Below, in pieces: positions 1 through 12,137 of a stretch of 64,000 bases of DNA. The notes beneath the pieces are model-generated. The model was not told the DNA's origin. It worked only from the letters and a program-made list of their open reading frames with translations, and did no database searches. Numbering within the stretch: the stretch's first letter is position 1; each line of letters starts with the position of its first letter. Source of the stretch: Lepidodermella squamata (Eukaryota; Animalia; Gastrotricha); contig JBLDXI010000060.1 in the NCBI GenBank assembly GCA_047495785.1, positions 124,001-188,000 on the forward strand. Reading direction: 5' to 3'. The position numbers and the translations under genes are program-made.

Positions 1-247
1 TGTCATGCCCTACGCTTTGCTATTCGTCGCAGCTCAGCTATCAGCTGGAATCATTCTTACATTCTACACTCTCCTCGCTGTTTGCTTGGTATCTAAGCCG
101 TGGTTTCAACGCGAGGTGTTCGCCAAGGTCAAATATTTACCAACAATGGAGGTGATCAGAGTTTTTGATGCGATTTTCTATGGAGGTGGCGGGTTGATGC
201 TGTTCGCCATCGATTTATACATTTTCGGTCGAATGGTCTCGAAGTGA
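1..247 (+). CDS. Cys-loop ligand-gated ion channel subunit, 3' end only (M3-M4); copy 1
   Basis: PYALLFVAAQLSAGIILTFY...IRVFDAIFY closely matches the M3-M4 of the next gene; truncated by the window start. Confidence 0.9.
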   Translation, partial: VMPYALLFVAAQLSAGIILTFYTLLAVCLVSKPWFQREVFAKVKYLPTMEVIRVFDAIFYGGGGLMLFAIDLYIFGRMVSK

Positions 248-379
248 ACATGCTGATAAATTATTTCATTGTTTTTAATTAATCTGACTGGAAAATATGA
301 AAAATAAACATCGCTGTGAATTCATTTCCTCTATAGAGCATTCCTGGCGCTAGGCCATGCACTGATTCAATAAAGGAAA

Positions 380-1897
380 ATGCTACTTCAACTCTTACTT
401 CTTAACCTCGTTTCGGCCGTAACCGCGCAAAATTTGTCGTACGTTCCGTATGGCGAGCAATTAAAAAGCTATTTCGCTGACAAGTGTAGCATTCTGTCGA
501 GCGCTCGCCCGGTGATAAACGGCAATGATACCATCGAAGTGCAATTTGTATTCAATCCGATGAGGCTCAGGGAGTTGAATGAGGTCGAGGAGAGGATAGA
601 CATCCTCATGTGTCTGATTTACGGATATCAGCACCCATGCGTAAAGTGGAACCCCGGCGATTGGGGCTGGACTCGGGAATTCAGAATTGATGCAGCCGAG
701 ACTTGGAAACCGTCAGTCTACTTGATAAACGGTGATGCCTCTGTCTCGCTGCGGGACGCCATTGATGACGCCGTTGGATACAGTTTCAGATTTAATGGCG
801 ACGCCCATCTATCCACAACAATTAGCTTTTCTACATTCTGTTTGCTGGAGTGTGAGTTTGAAATGAATTCTCCATCAACCCAATTTCATTTTTATTGGCA
901 TTTTAACCCTTTCACGGCGGGAAGGACGATTTCGGAATTTCGACTTTGTAAATTCACAGAAATTTGAATTTGATAAATTATTGATCGCCCTTTTGAGGAA
1001 TATTGCTTTTCGATGTTAGCTACAAGGTGTTGAGACCAGGACACCGTTATCTTGCATGGTCAGGACATACTAGCAATTTGAAAATTTGAAATCTCATGGG
1101 TTCCTGAGTATTTATTGATCGCCACCTATTTATCCACAACAGCAAGCTTTTCTACATTCTGTTTGCTGGAGTGAGTTTGAAATGAATTATCCCTTAGCCT
1201 AATTCAATTAATTTCAACCTAAAGCTTGACAAAATTCCCATTCGACACTCAAACATGCTCGATGATCTTCGAGTCGTTCGATAGCAATACAATTCAGCGG
1301 CTTAGGTTGCTGGAGTCAGCCTCTGGGATAACTGATTCAAAGGAGACGCCCTTCATCTCCCAAACATCTGTGTGGTCACTCGTTGGATTCACCCTTAACA
1401 ATTCCTCAGTCCGTTACGACTACATCCCAGGAAAAATGTTTGATCGAGTGTCTTTTCAAGTCATAGTCAGGCGTAAACCGGAATCGTATCTAATCAATAT
1501 CTTTTACCCTTCATTCGCGCTCTCAGGCCTGTTGTTTGGCTCGGCTTTGATCGCCCCAGATTCACCCGATCGAGCAACATTTTGCGTGACTCTGTTACTT
1601 GCTTTTTCTGTGCTTCAATCGAGTATTGTTGAGATGATCCCGAAATCTAGTGTCATTCCGTATGCTTTGGTATTTGTCACAGCTCAGCTTTCAGCTGGGA
1701 TACTCCTCACATTCTACTCACTTGCTACAGTTTGTATTGCGAGCCAGTCGAAGTTTAAGCGGAGAGTATTTAAGAATCGAAAATATTTGAATAGTGTGAC
1801 TCTGATAAGATTCATCGATTTAGTTGTCTTTTCAACAGGTGCCTTTTTGCTATTGTGGATTGATTGCTACGTTCTTGCACGAATGATGTGTAATTAA
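380..1897 (+). CDS. Cys-loop ligand-gated ion channel subunit; copy 2 (exons ~380-849, 1225-1897)
   Basis: Signal peptide, TWKP (loop A), spliced Cys-loop C-LLDLTKFPFDTQT-C, four TM helices; phase-2 intron inside the Cys-loop. Confidence 0.88.
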
Positions 1898-2374
1898 TTT
1901 TTCTTTGCTGAAATTTGGCTGCCTTTCCAGGGCTGAGATGGATTTTCTACATTATACATGGTTGTCGAGGCGGGTTTTTTTTTTAAATAAATCAATCTGA
2001 TAATTCGCGTAATTCGCTGATAATTAAGAGTTCTTAAATGCTCGAACGTTCGAATGAGTTGTTACCAAAGTCGAGAGTGTTCTCTTTGCTACTGCGTTCG
2101 CCGAAATCCTGCCCATTTGCTTTGGGTTTGGGTTCGAATTGTTAGTATATTGTTAGTAGGAAAAATCAAAATATTGATCCACTTGTTTACATGAAGCCGC
2201 TTGAGAAGGCAAATCCTTGGAGTGGATTTCACTTTATTATGTCAGAGTTTTATTTTACCAGGAAATTCGCTGAAAGACCGCTATGTTCGGAGTTCGGAAT
2301 TTATGAACTATTGCAGAGAAGTTTTCCGATATCCGACCTAAGGCTATACGAAGAGAGAGCCTGTTGATCATAAC

Positions 2375-2850
2375 ATGTTGTTCGTTGTAATCATACTGTC
2401 GCTATGCGCTCGAGTGGTGATGTCCACTGAAGACGTATTTTCGCCTTACGAGGAGCAGTTGAAGCAACATTTCTTAAATAAATGCGGAATTTCGTCAAAG
2501 GCAAGGCCTGCTAAGCGCGCCAATGAGACAATCGAAATTACTTTCGTTCTAAACCCGGTCCGTTTTCGGCGGCTCGACGAACTCGAGGAGAGACTTGATG
2601 TTATCGTTGATGTGACGATGAACTATCAACATCCCTGCGTGAGGTGGGACCCTAGAGATTGGAAAGATGCTGATTACTTTGGTTTAGGAGCATCCGAAAC
2701 ATGGATTCCGTCAGTAATTATTAAGAATGCAGATTCTGATAGTACTGACCTGAAAGAACTTTACGCCAAGTCTGGCGATGCAAAATTCATGTTGGATGGA
2801 AGCGTAGTTCTAGCATCAACGGTCAGCCTGTCTACATTCTGCTTGCTAAA
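2375..2850 (+). pseudogene. Cys-loop channel subunit, exon 1 only (extracellular N-terminal half); copy 3, second exon absent
   Basis: Signal peptide, YQHPCVRW, TWIP, ends FCLL-AA|GTATGC at the conserved donor; no FPFD exon follows. Confidence 0.8.
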
Positions 2851-2952
2851 GTATGCCATAATATTTTTATTACTCTCGTTCGCCAATTACGCTCAATTTG
2901 GCGTTCGATTATATGAACGCTAATGCTAACGCCGCACTGCCACATGTCAAAA

Positions 2953-3480
2953 TGTCCGAAAACCTCTTAGTACGGCGGCCGCACTAAGAGGTTTTCGGAC
3001 ACGAAAAACTGAAGTCAGACTCATAAGGGGCGAAGTTCATCGTTTTAAATTTAATGAGATGAATCATGTCATTATTTTCCGCCCAAATATTTATTTGCTA
3101 TCTCTGTGTAATTTTCTGCTGCCATTGAGCCATTGAGGTTGCCATTGAGCTGCCATTTCATCAGCTGAATTCATCTTTAAAGATGCATCTCCTCTTTGTA
3201 GCGTCTCATTAGCGCGGTTTCCGAGACGCTACAAAGAGGAGATGCAAAAATATTTGCAGCTTAAACAAAAATATTTTTGCATCTCCTCTTTGTAGCGTCT
3301 CGGAAACCGCGCTAATGGCGCAAAATAAAATGCAAATAAAATGGCGCAAAAAGTAGTGATTACTACTTTTTGCGCCATTTTATTTTTGTCATCTTTGAAA
3401 CTTCTAAACTTTTTAAATCTAAATTATTAAACAACTTCGAATTGAGCCCCGCCATTTTTTTTAAGCTGCAAATATTTTTG
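2953..3480. repeat. Cluster of nested perfect inverted repeats
   Basis: 19-bp stem 2953-2971/2983-3001; 24-bp arms 3184-3207/3223-3246; ~49-bp arms 3207-3255/3269-3317; ~24-bp arms 3334-3357/3362-3385; 3461-3480 is the reverse complement of 3245-3264. Confidence 0.9.
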
Positions 3481-4255
3481 AATATTAATGAGGAGAAAAG
3501 TGAACACGTCTTCATGTCTGCCGGCGTGCTCTGAGTGCGGCGTCCTATCTACGTCACACGCATTTTGGTTGAGGTCGATTGGCAAACAGCAGCAGCTTTG
3601 CTGGAGGAAAGCCTAAAAGATATTTTCATTGTAGCTGATCTCACGATATCTGGGAGCAGCGTACATTGAACGATTTGGTTGCGACAAATCTTGAGATGGA
3701 TGCTATCGACTACGTGTCAAGCTACGTTATTGACCATGAGGAATATTTGGAATTTGAGCCTCAACAATTGAAAAAGGGCTTTTTGTTAACTGCCGTTAAT
3801 TGGCGACGAGGACCCTTACGAGGCACCTGAAAGAGGTTATTTTGATGTTAGCTACAAACTGCAACTGAAAACTGGGGGGGGGGGGGGGCGTATTCTTCAT
3901 CTCAGAAAATGGACATATGCCCAAAATGTGGCCTATTGTCACATTTCTGCCAGAACAGAGCCGGTCGAGGCTTTGATGGTGGAAGTTCCTCGCTCAAATA
4001 CAACTGATATTGAATCGATGGTTATGGGAGTTGGGAATTTCAACAATCAGGGATTTCGAGCAGCGCTTTACTCGGTGACTGTTATTTTCGAACTACAAGG
4101 AAACCTCTGCCGTTGTCATGATTCCTGCCCAATGTCACCCCAGCGGTAATCTTATTTATAGTCATGGGATCAATTACTAGAGTAGAATTTTCATAATAAT
4201 GACTGAAGCAATGACTGAAACAATTTCACCCTGGATAAAAAGTCATTAAACTCTA

Positions 4256-4697
4256 TCACAAGTAAACAAATTTACTGAGTAGAAGTGTTACAAAGCTTGG
4301 TACGAGAATCGAAGTAATCTTTGCAAGATTTAGAGTCGAAGCATTACAGTAGTCAGGCCAATTGCAGTAGCATGCTCGATAAGGCGAGCCATCTTGATCT
4401 CTGCCATCCTTGCAGCCAACTGATTCCGTGGCTTTCGACAAGCACAGGCGATCGATGTGCTCAGGATAGTTCAATGGCTTTGATTCAATCTTGCCGCATA
4501 GTACACATCCCATTTCTTCGCGGACGTTGTTGTTCGTTCCTGCCCAGCACTTCAAACTAGCTGCGACCGATAATTTTCGAGAACAATTCTAGAGATAATG
4601 AGGAAGACTTACCTACTTGCCCCGATATGAATAGGAGCAGAAGTGTCACGGCAACAAATTTAGAATTTGAAGTTAATCGAAATAGCCTGTAGCCCAT
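4256..4697 (-). CDS. Ly6/three-finger (Quiver-like) GPI-type protein (exons 4697-4613, 4560-4256)
   Basis: Signal exon, phase-1 intron, LKCW..GCxxC..C..C..CxCN...CN 8-Cys pattern, hydrophobic tail. Confidence 0.85.
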
Positions 4698-5405
4698 TAA
4701 ATAATGAAACGTGTATAAAACATGTAATTTGATGCTTTAGACTCGATAGGTCGAGTTTTCTGGCCTGGTTGTTGGTGACATGGCACAATGATGCATGCTT
4801 ATCGTTTTGTAGTAATCGCAATGTGTTGTTTTCTCCTTATCAGTACTGTATGCCTGCATACATATTTGTTTGCTTGATGCAGATTAGCTCCGAACTCAAG
4901 GCACTATTTTACCTCTAACGCCCGCTTTGCGACATGTGATAGCAATATATGTCAGCCAAGTATTCAGCAATCCTACATGGAAGTGACTGAATGGTATATA
5001 AATGAATAAATGAATTTTTGCTTGGGTATTTCTAGGAAAAGAAGGAAATTTGCCTAAATTCGTATAACCATAATTTGAATTTTTTGAAACCCTTTATTAA
5101 TTGATGAAGCTCGTTACGAAGACTTAAAAAATGCAATCATTGGGATTTTTTGGGAATTTATAGCGAAAATTGTGAATCCAGTATCAATTCATTTAAAAAT
5201 TGGTAATAACTACTTTGTTGTTGTTGTTGTTGTTGTAATCAGTGGTCCGTGTCAAGTCCGTTTAAGTATTGTCCGACATTGAATATGCACTGCGAAGCGA
5301 GACAAGATAACCATATATAAATGATTACCCACTAACAGATAAAATAAAAATTGGGCTAGTTGGACATATTAGACAACTTCATACTCGAAATTTTCGCCTT
5401 TTGTG

Positions 5406-6731
5406 ATGCCCAAAACCAGGATAGCCGTGATCGGCGCTGGACCAGCTGGTCTAGTCACCCTAAAGGTTCTTCAAGAGCGGTTCACAGCCCGGAACCCAGA
5501 TCAATTTGAAATCGTATGCTACGAGGGCTCTGACCAGTTGGGCGGCGAGTGGATCATCGCCTCGGACAAACCAGACACGGCGAAATTCGGCTTCCCAGTG
5601 CAGAGCTCGACATACCAAGAGATGAAAGCTAACATCTTCACGCATGACATGGAGCTTACGCTTGACTTCCGATTTCCTGATACTATCCCTTCCTACCCAG
5701 TTCGAACTCAGGTGTTGGAGTACTTCCGAAATTACGCTAGGCATTTCGAGCTGGAAAAGTTCATGAAATTCAAGCATTTGGTAACAAACACCCGGCGAGC
5801 AGATGGTGGTAGTTCGAAACTGATTCTAGAACTCGTAAATGTGACTGATGAAACAAAATTCGAGGAAGAGTTTGACTACGTATTCCACTGTTGCGGGCAA
5901 CATCGATTGCCAAAGATTCCAACTGAATACGACCTTGACAAATTCACCGGCGAGGTTCTTCACTACCATAATATGCTCGACCCGCATCGATTTGCTGGGA
6001 AAACAGTCGTTGTAGTCGGCGGAGGTTTCGGAGCTATGGATATGGTACTTACACTGTGGAACATCGCTAAGAAAGTCATCCTATCCTGGCACAACTATCG
6101 GCCAACTTGGGGCGTGAAGAATGCCGAGGAGATCGACATGAGGCCGCGTATTGTTCGCGGCGTAGATAGAGCAATCTATTTCGCAGACGAAAGCTTCTAC
6201 GAGAATGTTGATTCCGTCTTGTATGCGACTGGTTTCTTCCCGAATCATCCACTTTCGCCTGAGTTGCAGCTTGATTTCACGAAATCTTCCACTCTATTTC
6301 CGCTGTACAAAAACGTGGTGCATCCAAGATGTCCGTCGATTTTCTTCGTTGGCAAGCAGTCTTCGATGATTTGCAGCTCAATGCGATTTCATGCTGAACT
6401 GGGCGCGGCAGTGATTGATGGCCGGGTTCAACTTCCGTCCGAAAACGAGATGCTGACTGCAATCGACGAATGGCACGAACGATGGCGGCCCATCATTGCG
6501 AAGAGTCCTACCTTGGATTTGACCAAGTATTCGCCTGTCAATGAAATGGATGGCGAGCTGGTTGATTCAATCGCTGAGATGACACGGGTGCAACGACGGG
6601 CCCTGCTGAAATGCTTCTATGCGATGATAAAAACAAGACGGAATGACGTATTTCGGTGTAGATACTACAAACTAGCGCCTAATGTTGACGAAGAGAGCTG
6701 TTCGGTGGACGAGGCTCTTTATTACGATTGA
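5406..6731 (+). CDS. Flavin-containing monooxygenase-like protein, intronless
   Basis: FAD motif IAVIGAGPAG, GGEW, FMO signature variant FTGEVLHYHNM, second Rossmann VVVVGGGFGA, YATGF. Confidence 0.9.
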   Translation: MPKTRIAVIGAGPAGLVTLKVLQERFTARNPDQFEIVCYEGSDQLGGEWIIASDKPDTAKFGFPVQSSTYQEMKANIFTHDMELTLDFRFPDTIPSYPVRTQVLEYFRNYARHFELEKFMKFKHLVTNTRRADGGSSKLILELVNVTDETKFEEEFDYVFHCCGQHRLPKIPTEYDLDKFTGEVLHYHNMLDPHRFAGKTVVVVGGGFGAMDMVLTLWNIAKKVILSWHNYRPTWGVKNAEEIDMRPRIVRGVDRAIYFADESFYENVDSVLYATGFFPNHPLSPELQLDFTKSSTLFPLYKNVVHPRCPSIFFVGKQSSMICSSMRFHAELGAAVIDGRVQLPSENEMLTAIDEWHERWRPIIAKSPTLDLTKYSPVNEMDGELVDSIAEMTRVQRRALLKCFYAMIKTRRNDVFRCRYYKLAPNVDEESCSVDEALYYD

Positions 6732-6986
6732 GCATCAAGGCAATAATTAAAACAGTGATTTGTGTTTTCATCTATTGAGACAGTTTAGTGAATAAATTTG
6801 AATCATAACCGTTTTGAATGTTAGTCGCATGGCTGATAGGCTTCACATTATTCTAGGATGAAGCGAGCTTTCAAGCTTTGAACTCGGTTGCTGAGATAAG
6901 CTCGTCGTGGAAATTATGGCAGGTGTTTCCCACGTCCAATTCCACAGGCAGTTAGATTGCTTGTAGTCATTCTCACTTCAAGTAAA

Positions 6987-7438
6987 ATGCCTCCCCTAAC
7001 ATTACACGTTTTTGTCTTACTTGTTGCGCTATCTTATGCTGGTATGTCGCTAAGTTTCTTGAAAATCAGCTCTTGTTCAAAATGTCTTTTTTAGATGCCT
7101 TGAGATGTTTGGTCGGCACGCAGCAAAATGGCGTTCAAAACGTTGTAGAATCAAACAACACTTGTCTATGGTGCGTAACTTCAACAGCAACGAGTTCTGG
7201 GTCTACGGTTATCCTGCACCAGTGCTTGACCAGTCCTGCACCTGAGTCGAGTGATTCATGCCAATCTACCAACATCACTGGCTTTGAAATCAAAACTTGC
7301 TTCTGTAATAGCGCAGATTTTTGCAATGCTGGCAATACGTTGAAGTGCCACGACGGTGTTGACAGCTTCAAAGAACGGGCCGATTGCATGCAATTTTCGA
7401 ATTTTAAAACCGATTTTTACGAACATTTGAATATATAG
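6987..7438 (+). CDS. Ly6/three-finger protein: one complete domain plus a truncated second domain (exons 6987-7041, 7095-~7390)
   Basis: Signal exon MPPLTLHVFVLLVALSYA; LRC...CLWC...CFCNSADFCN then TLKCHDGVDSFKERADC, no GPI tail. Confidence 0.75.
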
Positions 7439-9749
7439 TGCATGCGGGATGTTGGAATCGCGAAACACCTTGCAGCGATGCAGAGCAATTCGATTGCTAA
7501 GGATCGAATCCCTTTCGCCCTAATGAGCCTCTGTCCCTCGCATCTGCAAACAGGCGCATTCCTAGAGCAATTCAATTTCATCGGGGTAAGTTTGTGTTAA
7601 CTTGAGAGGAATAACTATAATCAAATCCTGAATTAAAGATCGCACCAGTCACTACAACGACCGATGTCCACGAAAATCGTCGTCTCTACTGCAATTTCTT
7701 TATCCTGACGCCAAATACATTTGAATTCTATGCATCTATCGCGGCTTACACAGCCGTAATGGGCTGGAAGAAGATAGCGGTCATTTCCGAGATTGCTGAC
7801 TACCAAGGCCGCGTAGAAACAGCATTTGCGGACTTGCTGGAGCGAAAATACGACATAAAACTTACGGGTCTGTTCAAATTAATACAGGCCAACGGAATAC
7901 CTGAATCCGAGGATGTTCGAAAGGGATTAGAGGGAATAGATAAGCTGGATCCTCGAGTAATCTACGTCCCATCTATAGCCCCTGTTCGAGTTGCTTGCTG
8001 GTTGTATCGCTATGGAATTTACAGACCGAATTACGGGATATTTTTCCCTGGAATGTTCATGTTCCGCCCAAATGACCCGTTGAGATACAGCTGGTGCACT
8101 GAACAGATGATGAGAGCCGTCCTGCAGAGCGCACTGCCTTTCATGATGGCCAGTTCGATGTACCTAGACGAGAGCCAAAAGGACTCGTTAGGCAACTCGG
8201 GTTCTGATTTTGACTCATTCCTTTCAGCGAGCATTCAGAACCCGGAAACTAACAGCGTTTATTCAACAAGGCATTATTGCTACGATAATGTTCTAGTCGC
8301 GGCTCACGTTCTCAATACCACTGAAACATATCTTCGTCAAAATAACCAAACTCTATCTGACTGGGTTACTAGTGGCGAAACTTTCAAGACCAACGGAAGT
8401 TACATTGTAGAAACAATGAAGAAAGCACTTTTCACGACTCGAGCCACTGCTAAGTTTGGCGAGGCTGGATTTGAGGCTAACACAACATTGAACACGGCTG
8501 GCAGCGTCTATATTGCGTTTTTTCGTTACGTCCTCGCCTCGCCCACTTCTAACGATTTCTCCCTACTTCCAATCGCAATTTACGATACTCGATGGAAAAC
8601 GGTAACTATAGGGCCTGAAAAAATGGTTTGGGCAACGCGAAGTGGTAATCCGCCGACTGATTCGGTTCGCATTGTGCCTCTGATCGAAGATTTGATTTCG
8701 ATTGAAGCTTACAGTACTGTTACTGCTATCTGCTGCTTGGAGCTCATCTGCGTGATTGCTGTCTCCATTGCGCATTATTTCATTAGGCAGGATAATGCGA
8801 AGCTTGTCGCTTTTGTATTGATGGGGGATGTGTTTCTTTTGTTGAGTTTTTTAATTCAGCCGCTTCAATATTCTGACACCTTACACCTACACTGCATGGC
8901 AGCGTACATTTTCCTATTCCTAGGGATCGGAAGTCTGCTCCACGGTGTTGTTGCTCGTCTCGAGCTTGGCAGGTCACTTTTGATCAAAACAGTTAGGGGA
9001 AGTGCCAGTAGAGCAGGAAGCTGGAAACGCAGGAAAATCTCAACGAAAGAAGCTTCAACTAATCCGATATACCAGCTTGATTCGAATAACAGAAATCCAA
9101 ACTTGGTTGTTGCGAATGCTAGCAGAAAATCAATAGAAAAGCCACTAATCTACCTAGGTTGCTTAGTTTTGGCTATAATTTTCTGTTTGTTATTGGTTTG
9201 GTTCCTGGTTGACCCTATTTTATCCAGAAAAAGCACCAGTGCCGTAATCCCGTCTCGCGACGATGATTCGCTTGCTTATGAGCACATTACCCATCAATGC
9301 GAGTTCGGTCCCACGCTCACTTCGACAGTCATTATGGCTGTGATTCTTACTGGCTTTGGGCTGTTAATCCTACGTGGAGCATTATTGGCCTACACTTTGA
9401 ACTCTTCGGTAAAGCAATCAACGGGGGGCATGATTCATCAAATCAGAATTGTCATCAAATGTTCCTACGCAATAGCTTTGTTGTTGGTTTGCGGAGCAGT
9501 TGTAGCCGGTGGGATTTTCAAGAATCAAAGCAGCCAACGACTCGCCATCTCGGTGATGAATTTCGCATGTGTCGCCATCACATTGATTGCTTCATTCGCT
9601 TCATTGGTAATTACATTTTCTAAGGCTACAATTTCTCGCTGATTATAACATTTTAACATCCATTTCAGAGTTTGAAGCCTGACGTTGAAGTAATGATTCC
9701 AACGAGAAGTAGGATTACCACAACATCGCTATCTCAGAGCGGCCGCTAG
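7439..9749 (+). CDS. GABA-B-like class C GPCR lacking its own first exon (exons 7439-7585, 7639-9606, probably 9669-9749)
   Basis: Venus-flytrap segment (GWKKIAVI, YCYDNVLVAA), seven TM helices with WFLVDP and ECL2 Cys, no cysteine-rich domain; upstream exons match the paralog at 50.4-52.3 kb. Confidence 0.8.
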
Positions 9750-10379
9750 CAGCCTATTAAATCGAAAAGCAACAGAGCGCGCGAGCGATCAAAAATATTC
9801 CGAATATCATTCGGCTATAACGAACAATATGTGTACTGTCGTTCGGAAGCAAGAAGTGCTGTAGTTTCATCATATTTGAATAAGTATACGCTATTTTTCT
9901 ATATTTTTTTCCGCATGTAATAAAGTGCATACATCTCCAACAATCGGTAGAAAATAATGCAAATTTGCTATGCATAGATGGAATCTATCAAGGATGATGA
10001 TTATGGTTCGACTACTCATGAGTTCAGGCGAGGGAAGAAGGAGGTGGGAAGCTTCAAAATAAACGATCGCACGATCTTTTGCAATTAAAATTCTAAAGGA
10101 AACCTTCAATGTAACCGAGACTAACATCAATCTTCTAATTCATCTTACCTTGAGAAAGAAAGGTTGCAGACCAATAACCTCGGGCAATATCACGAACAAG
10201 CCCACGCGACATTTCACGCATTTCAAAAGACAGGAGAACGTTCTAATTTCCCTAATTAGATTGCAGGTTCCATCATCATTCCGCGCATCATATGATAACG
10301 TGATATCATATGATACAGCCACAATTGACACTTTTTTGTGGCTGTATTTTTCCAAGACCGCGCATTGCAAAGGTATTTT

Positions 10380-10500
10380 ATGCAGCTAATCAGCAGCTCA
10401 TCTGAATCACTGTCTCTCATTAATCTCTCATCGCAAGAATTGATTAATTTTACTGGGAAACTCATTGGAGACGCTTGGATAACAGCTTCGCAGGACCGAA
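10380..10500 (+). pseudogene. 5' fragment of a paralog of the class A GPCR at 12138
   Basis: MQLISSS...INFTGKLIGDAWI matches 12071-12180 (MNFTGEIIGDAWI); cut off near the transposon remnant. Confidence 0.65.
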
Positions 10501-10524
10501 GCTGTACAATAAACGTAAATCCAC

Positions 10525-10733
10525 TTGAGCAATCTCTTCACGCATGTAGTCACAGGTGGAAGGCAGTAGCTATAGTTTTTTTCCGGCGGTTTTAACTGTT
10601 GATCCAGGTACTCTTCAGACTGAATGATTAGGTTTTAGGTTCGGAAAAATAAATGGCTGACCCTAAATACGAGGCAGGACTCGGATCTCGTTTGAAAAAA
10701 ATACAGGGCAGTGTCTTAAATATTAAAATACGG
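10525..10733. mobile_element. Partial (right-end) copy of the MITE at 53485-53879
   Basis: Shared blocks cacaggtgg..ggcagtagctatag, aactgttgatc, ccctaaatac, aaaaatacagggcag; ends aaatacgg-TA. Confidence 0.7.
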
Positions 10734-10977
10734 TATATTTTTCATAATTTGGAAACCAATAGCTGCTTATCGAGATCGTAAAAGTTGAGAAATCTTGAAT
10801 GATGTTGTTAGACCAGCGACCACGGCTTCGAAAACATTGTAAAACCATATGCGCCATAAAGCTAAAAGACCTTCAGCTTTATCTCGGCCAGCCGTTAGCT
10901 TCGGGAATTTTAGTATTGTAGTATTGAATTTTAGTAGTCAAAATATTGCTAGGTAGAAATAGTGATGTTAATGATTA

Positions 10978-11598
10978 CCGTATTTCTCGAAAATTTACCG
11001 CGGGCTATATTTATGAACAAATGATTTTTGATTCGGGTTGTATTAGGGAGTGGGGATATATACGGGTGTGCTGTTTAATTGCGAATCATCACAAAAAGCC
11101 GCGAGCCATTCGTATTAAGACGACGTTTTTAGATTGTTTTATTTGTCGATTCAGTGAAAAAGTGAAAAAGTTAACAATTTTTTGATCAACCAACAAAATC
11201 AATTATCAATAAAAAAAAAGTCAGGTTCACTTTCGTCATCGTTGAAATCATCCAGGCTGATGACTTGATCGAACGTGTCGTTTGATGCCATCTTCGAAGC
11301 CAGTAGCTCTCGGCCAGCAGCGCACGGCTTTCCATCCTTGAAGCACGAGATCTGCTGGCTTATGAATGGTGCCAAGATCAGACGTTGCGAAGCTGCTTAC
11401 GCGATAGCTAATCACTGATTACGATAATGCGTCATTAATAAGGCTTTTCTTTTGTTCCAACGCATGCTTCGCCCAAATTAAAATAGCTGTGGTACAATTT
11501 CGAGGCCTGGGTTAAATATGAACAAACGATTTTTTCGTCGGGTTGTATTAGGGAGCGGGGATATATACAGGTGTGTCGTATATTTTCGAGAAATACGG
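10978..11598 (-). mobile_element. Non-autonomous pogo/Tc2-type DNA transposon retaining the transposase C-terminus
   Basis: TIR CCGTATTTCTCGAAAAT, TA flanks; both ends near-identical to 44639-45406 in opposite orientation; internal minus-strand CFKDGKPCAAGRELL...DDFNDDESEPD. Confidence 0.88.
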
Positions 11599-12137
11599 TA
11601 TTTATGTAAATTCATCAATGCTGCGATAAATTCATCAATTGAGCCTTAGCTGACGGTATTTAGCTGATAGTCCATATTTTTGTCTCAAATTGTTGTTATT
11701 ATTACCAAGAATTTGCATACATTTATACCCTATTTTTCATGTCCCGTGGGCACGCGCACTTTGATCCTGCAAAACCGAAGTATAATGATAGGATTGATAT
11801 TCCAATGCAGCGACCGTCGCAGCCTCACGACCCCAAAAAGAGTTGCACTTTCAAGAACGACGAAAGGAGCGTGCAATACGCGGTTAAATTCTTATGGCAA
11901 CCCACGCAACCCATTCCCGCATATCTCACATTTCGGCGTGCTCCAAATTCTCAAATTAAGACGATTCTTACTGCACATCCCATCATTTCGTGCTTATCTT
12001 CTGTAAGTGATCCAGCTAGTCTCAGTCGACATTTAATTACTGTTTTTCTCACGACTGCGCACAACTGGGTATGCAGCTAATCAACAGCATAACTACCTCA
12101 CTGCAGCTATCTCTCAGCAGCATTTTACAAAATTATT

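Noticed and set aside
3928-4149. ORF as the missing exon 2 of channel copy 3
   Set aside because: No FPFD motif or TM similarity
5214-5236. (GTT)n microsatellite; also poly-G at ~3874 and ~53701
   Set aside because: Ordinary simple repeats
10946-11185. ORF sharing the peptide YRISRKFTAGYIYEQMIFDSGC with 45187-45564
   Set aside because: Translation of the shared transposon end, not a gene family
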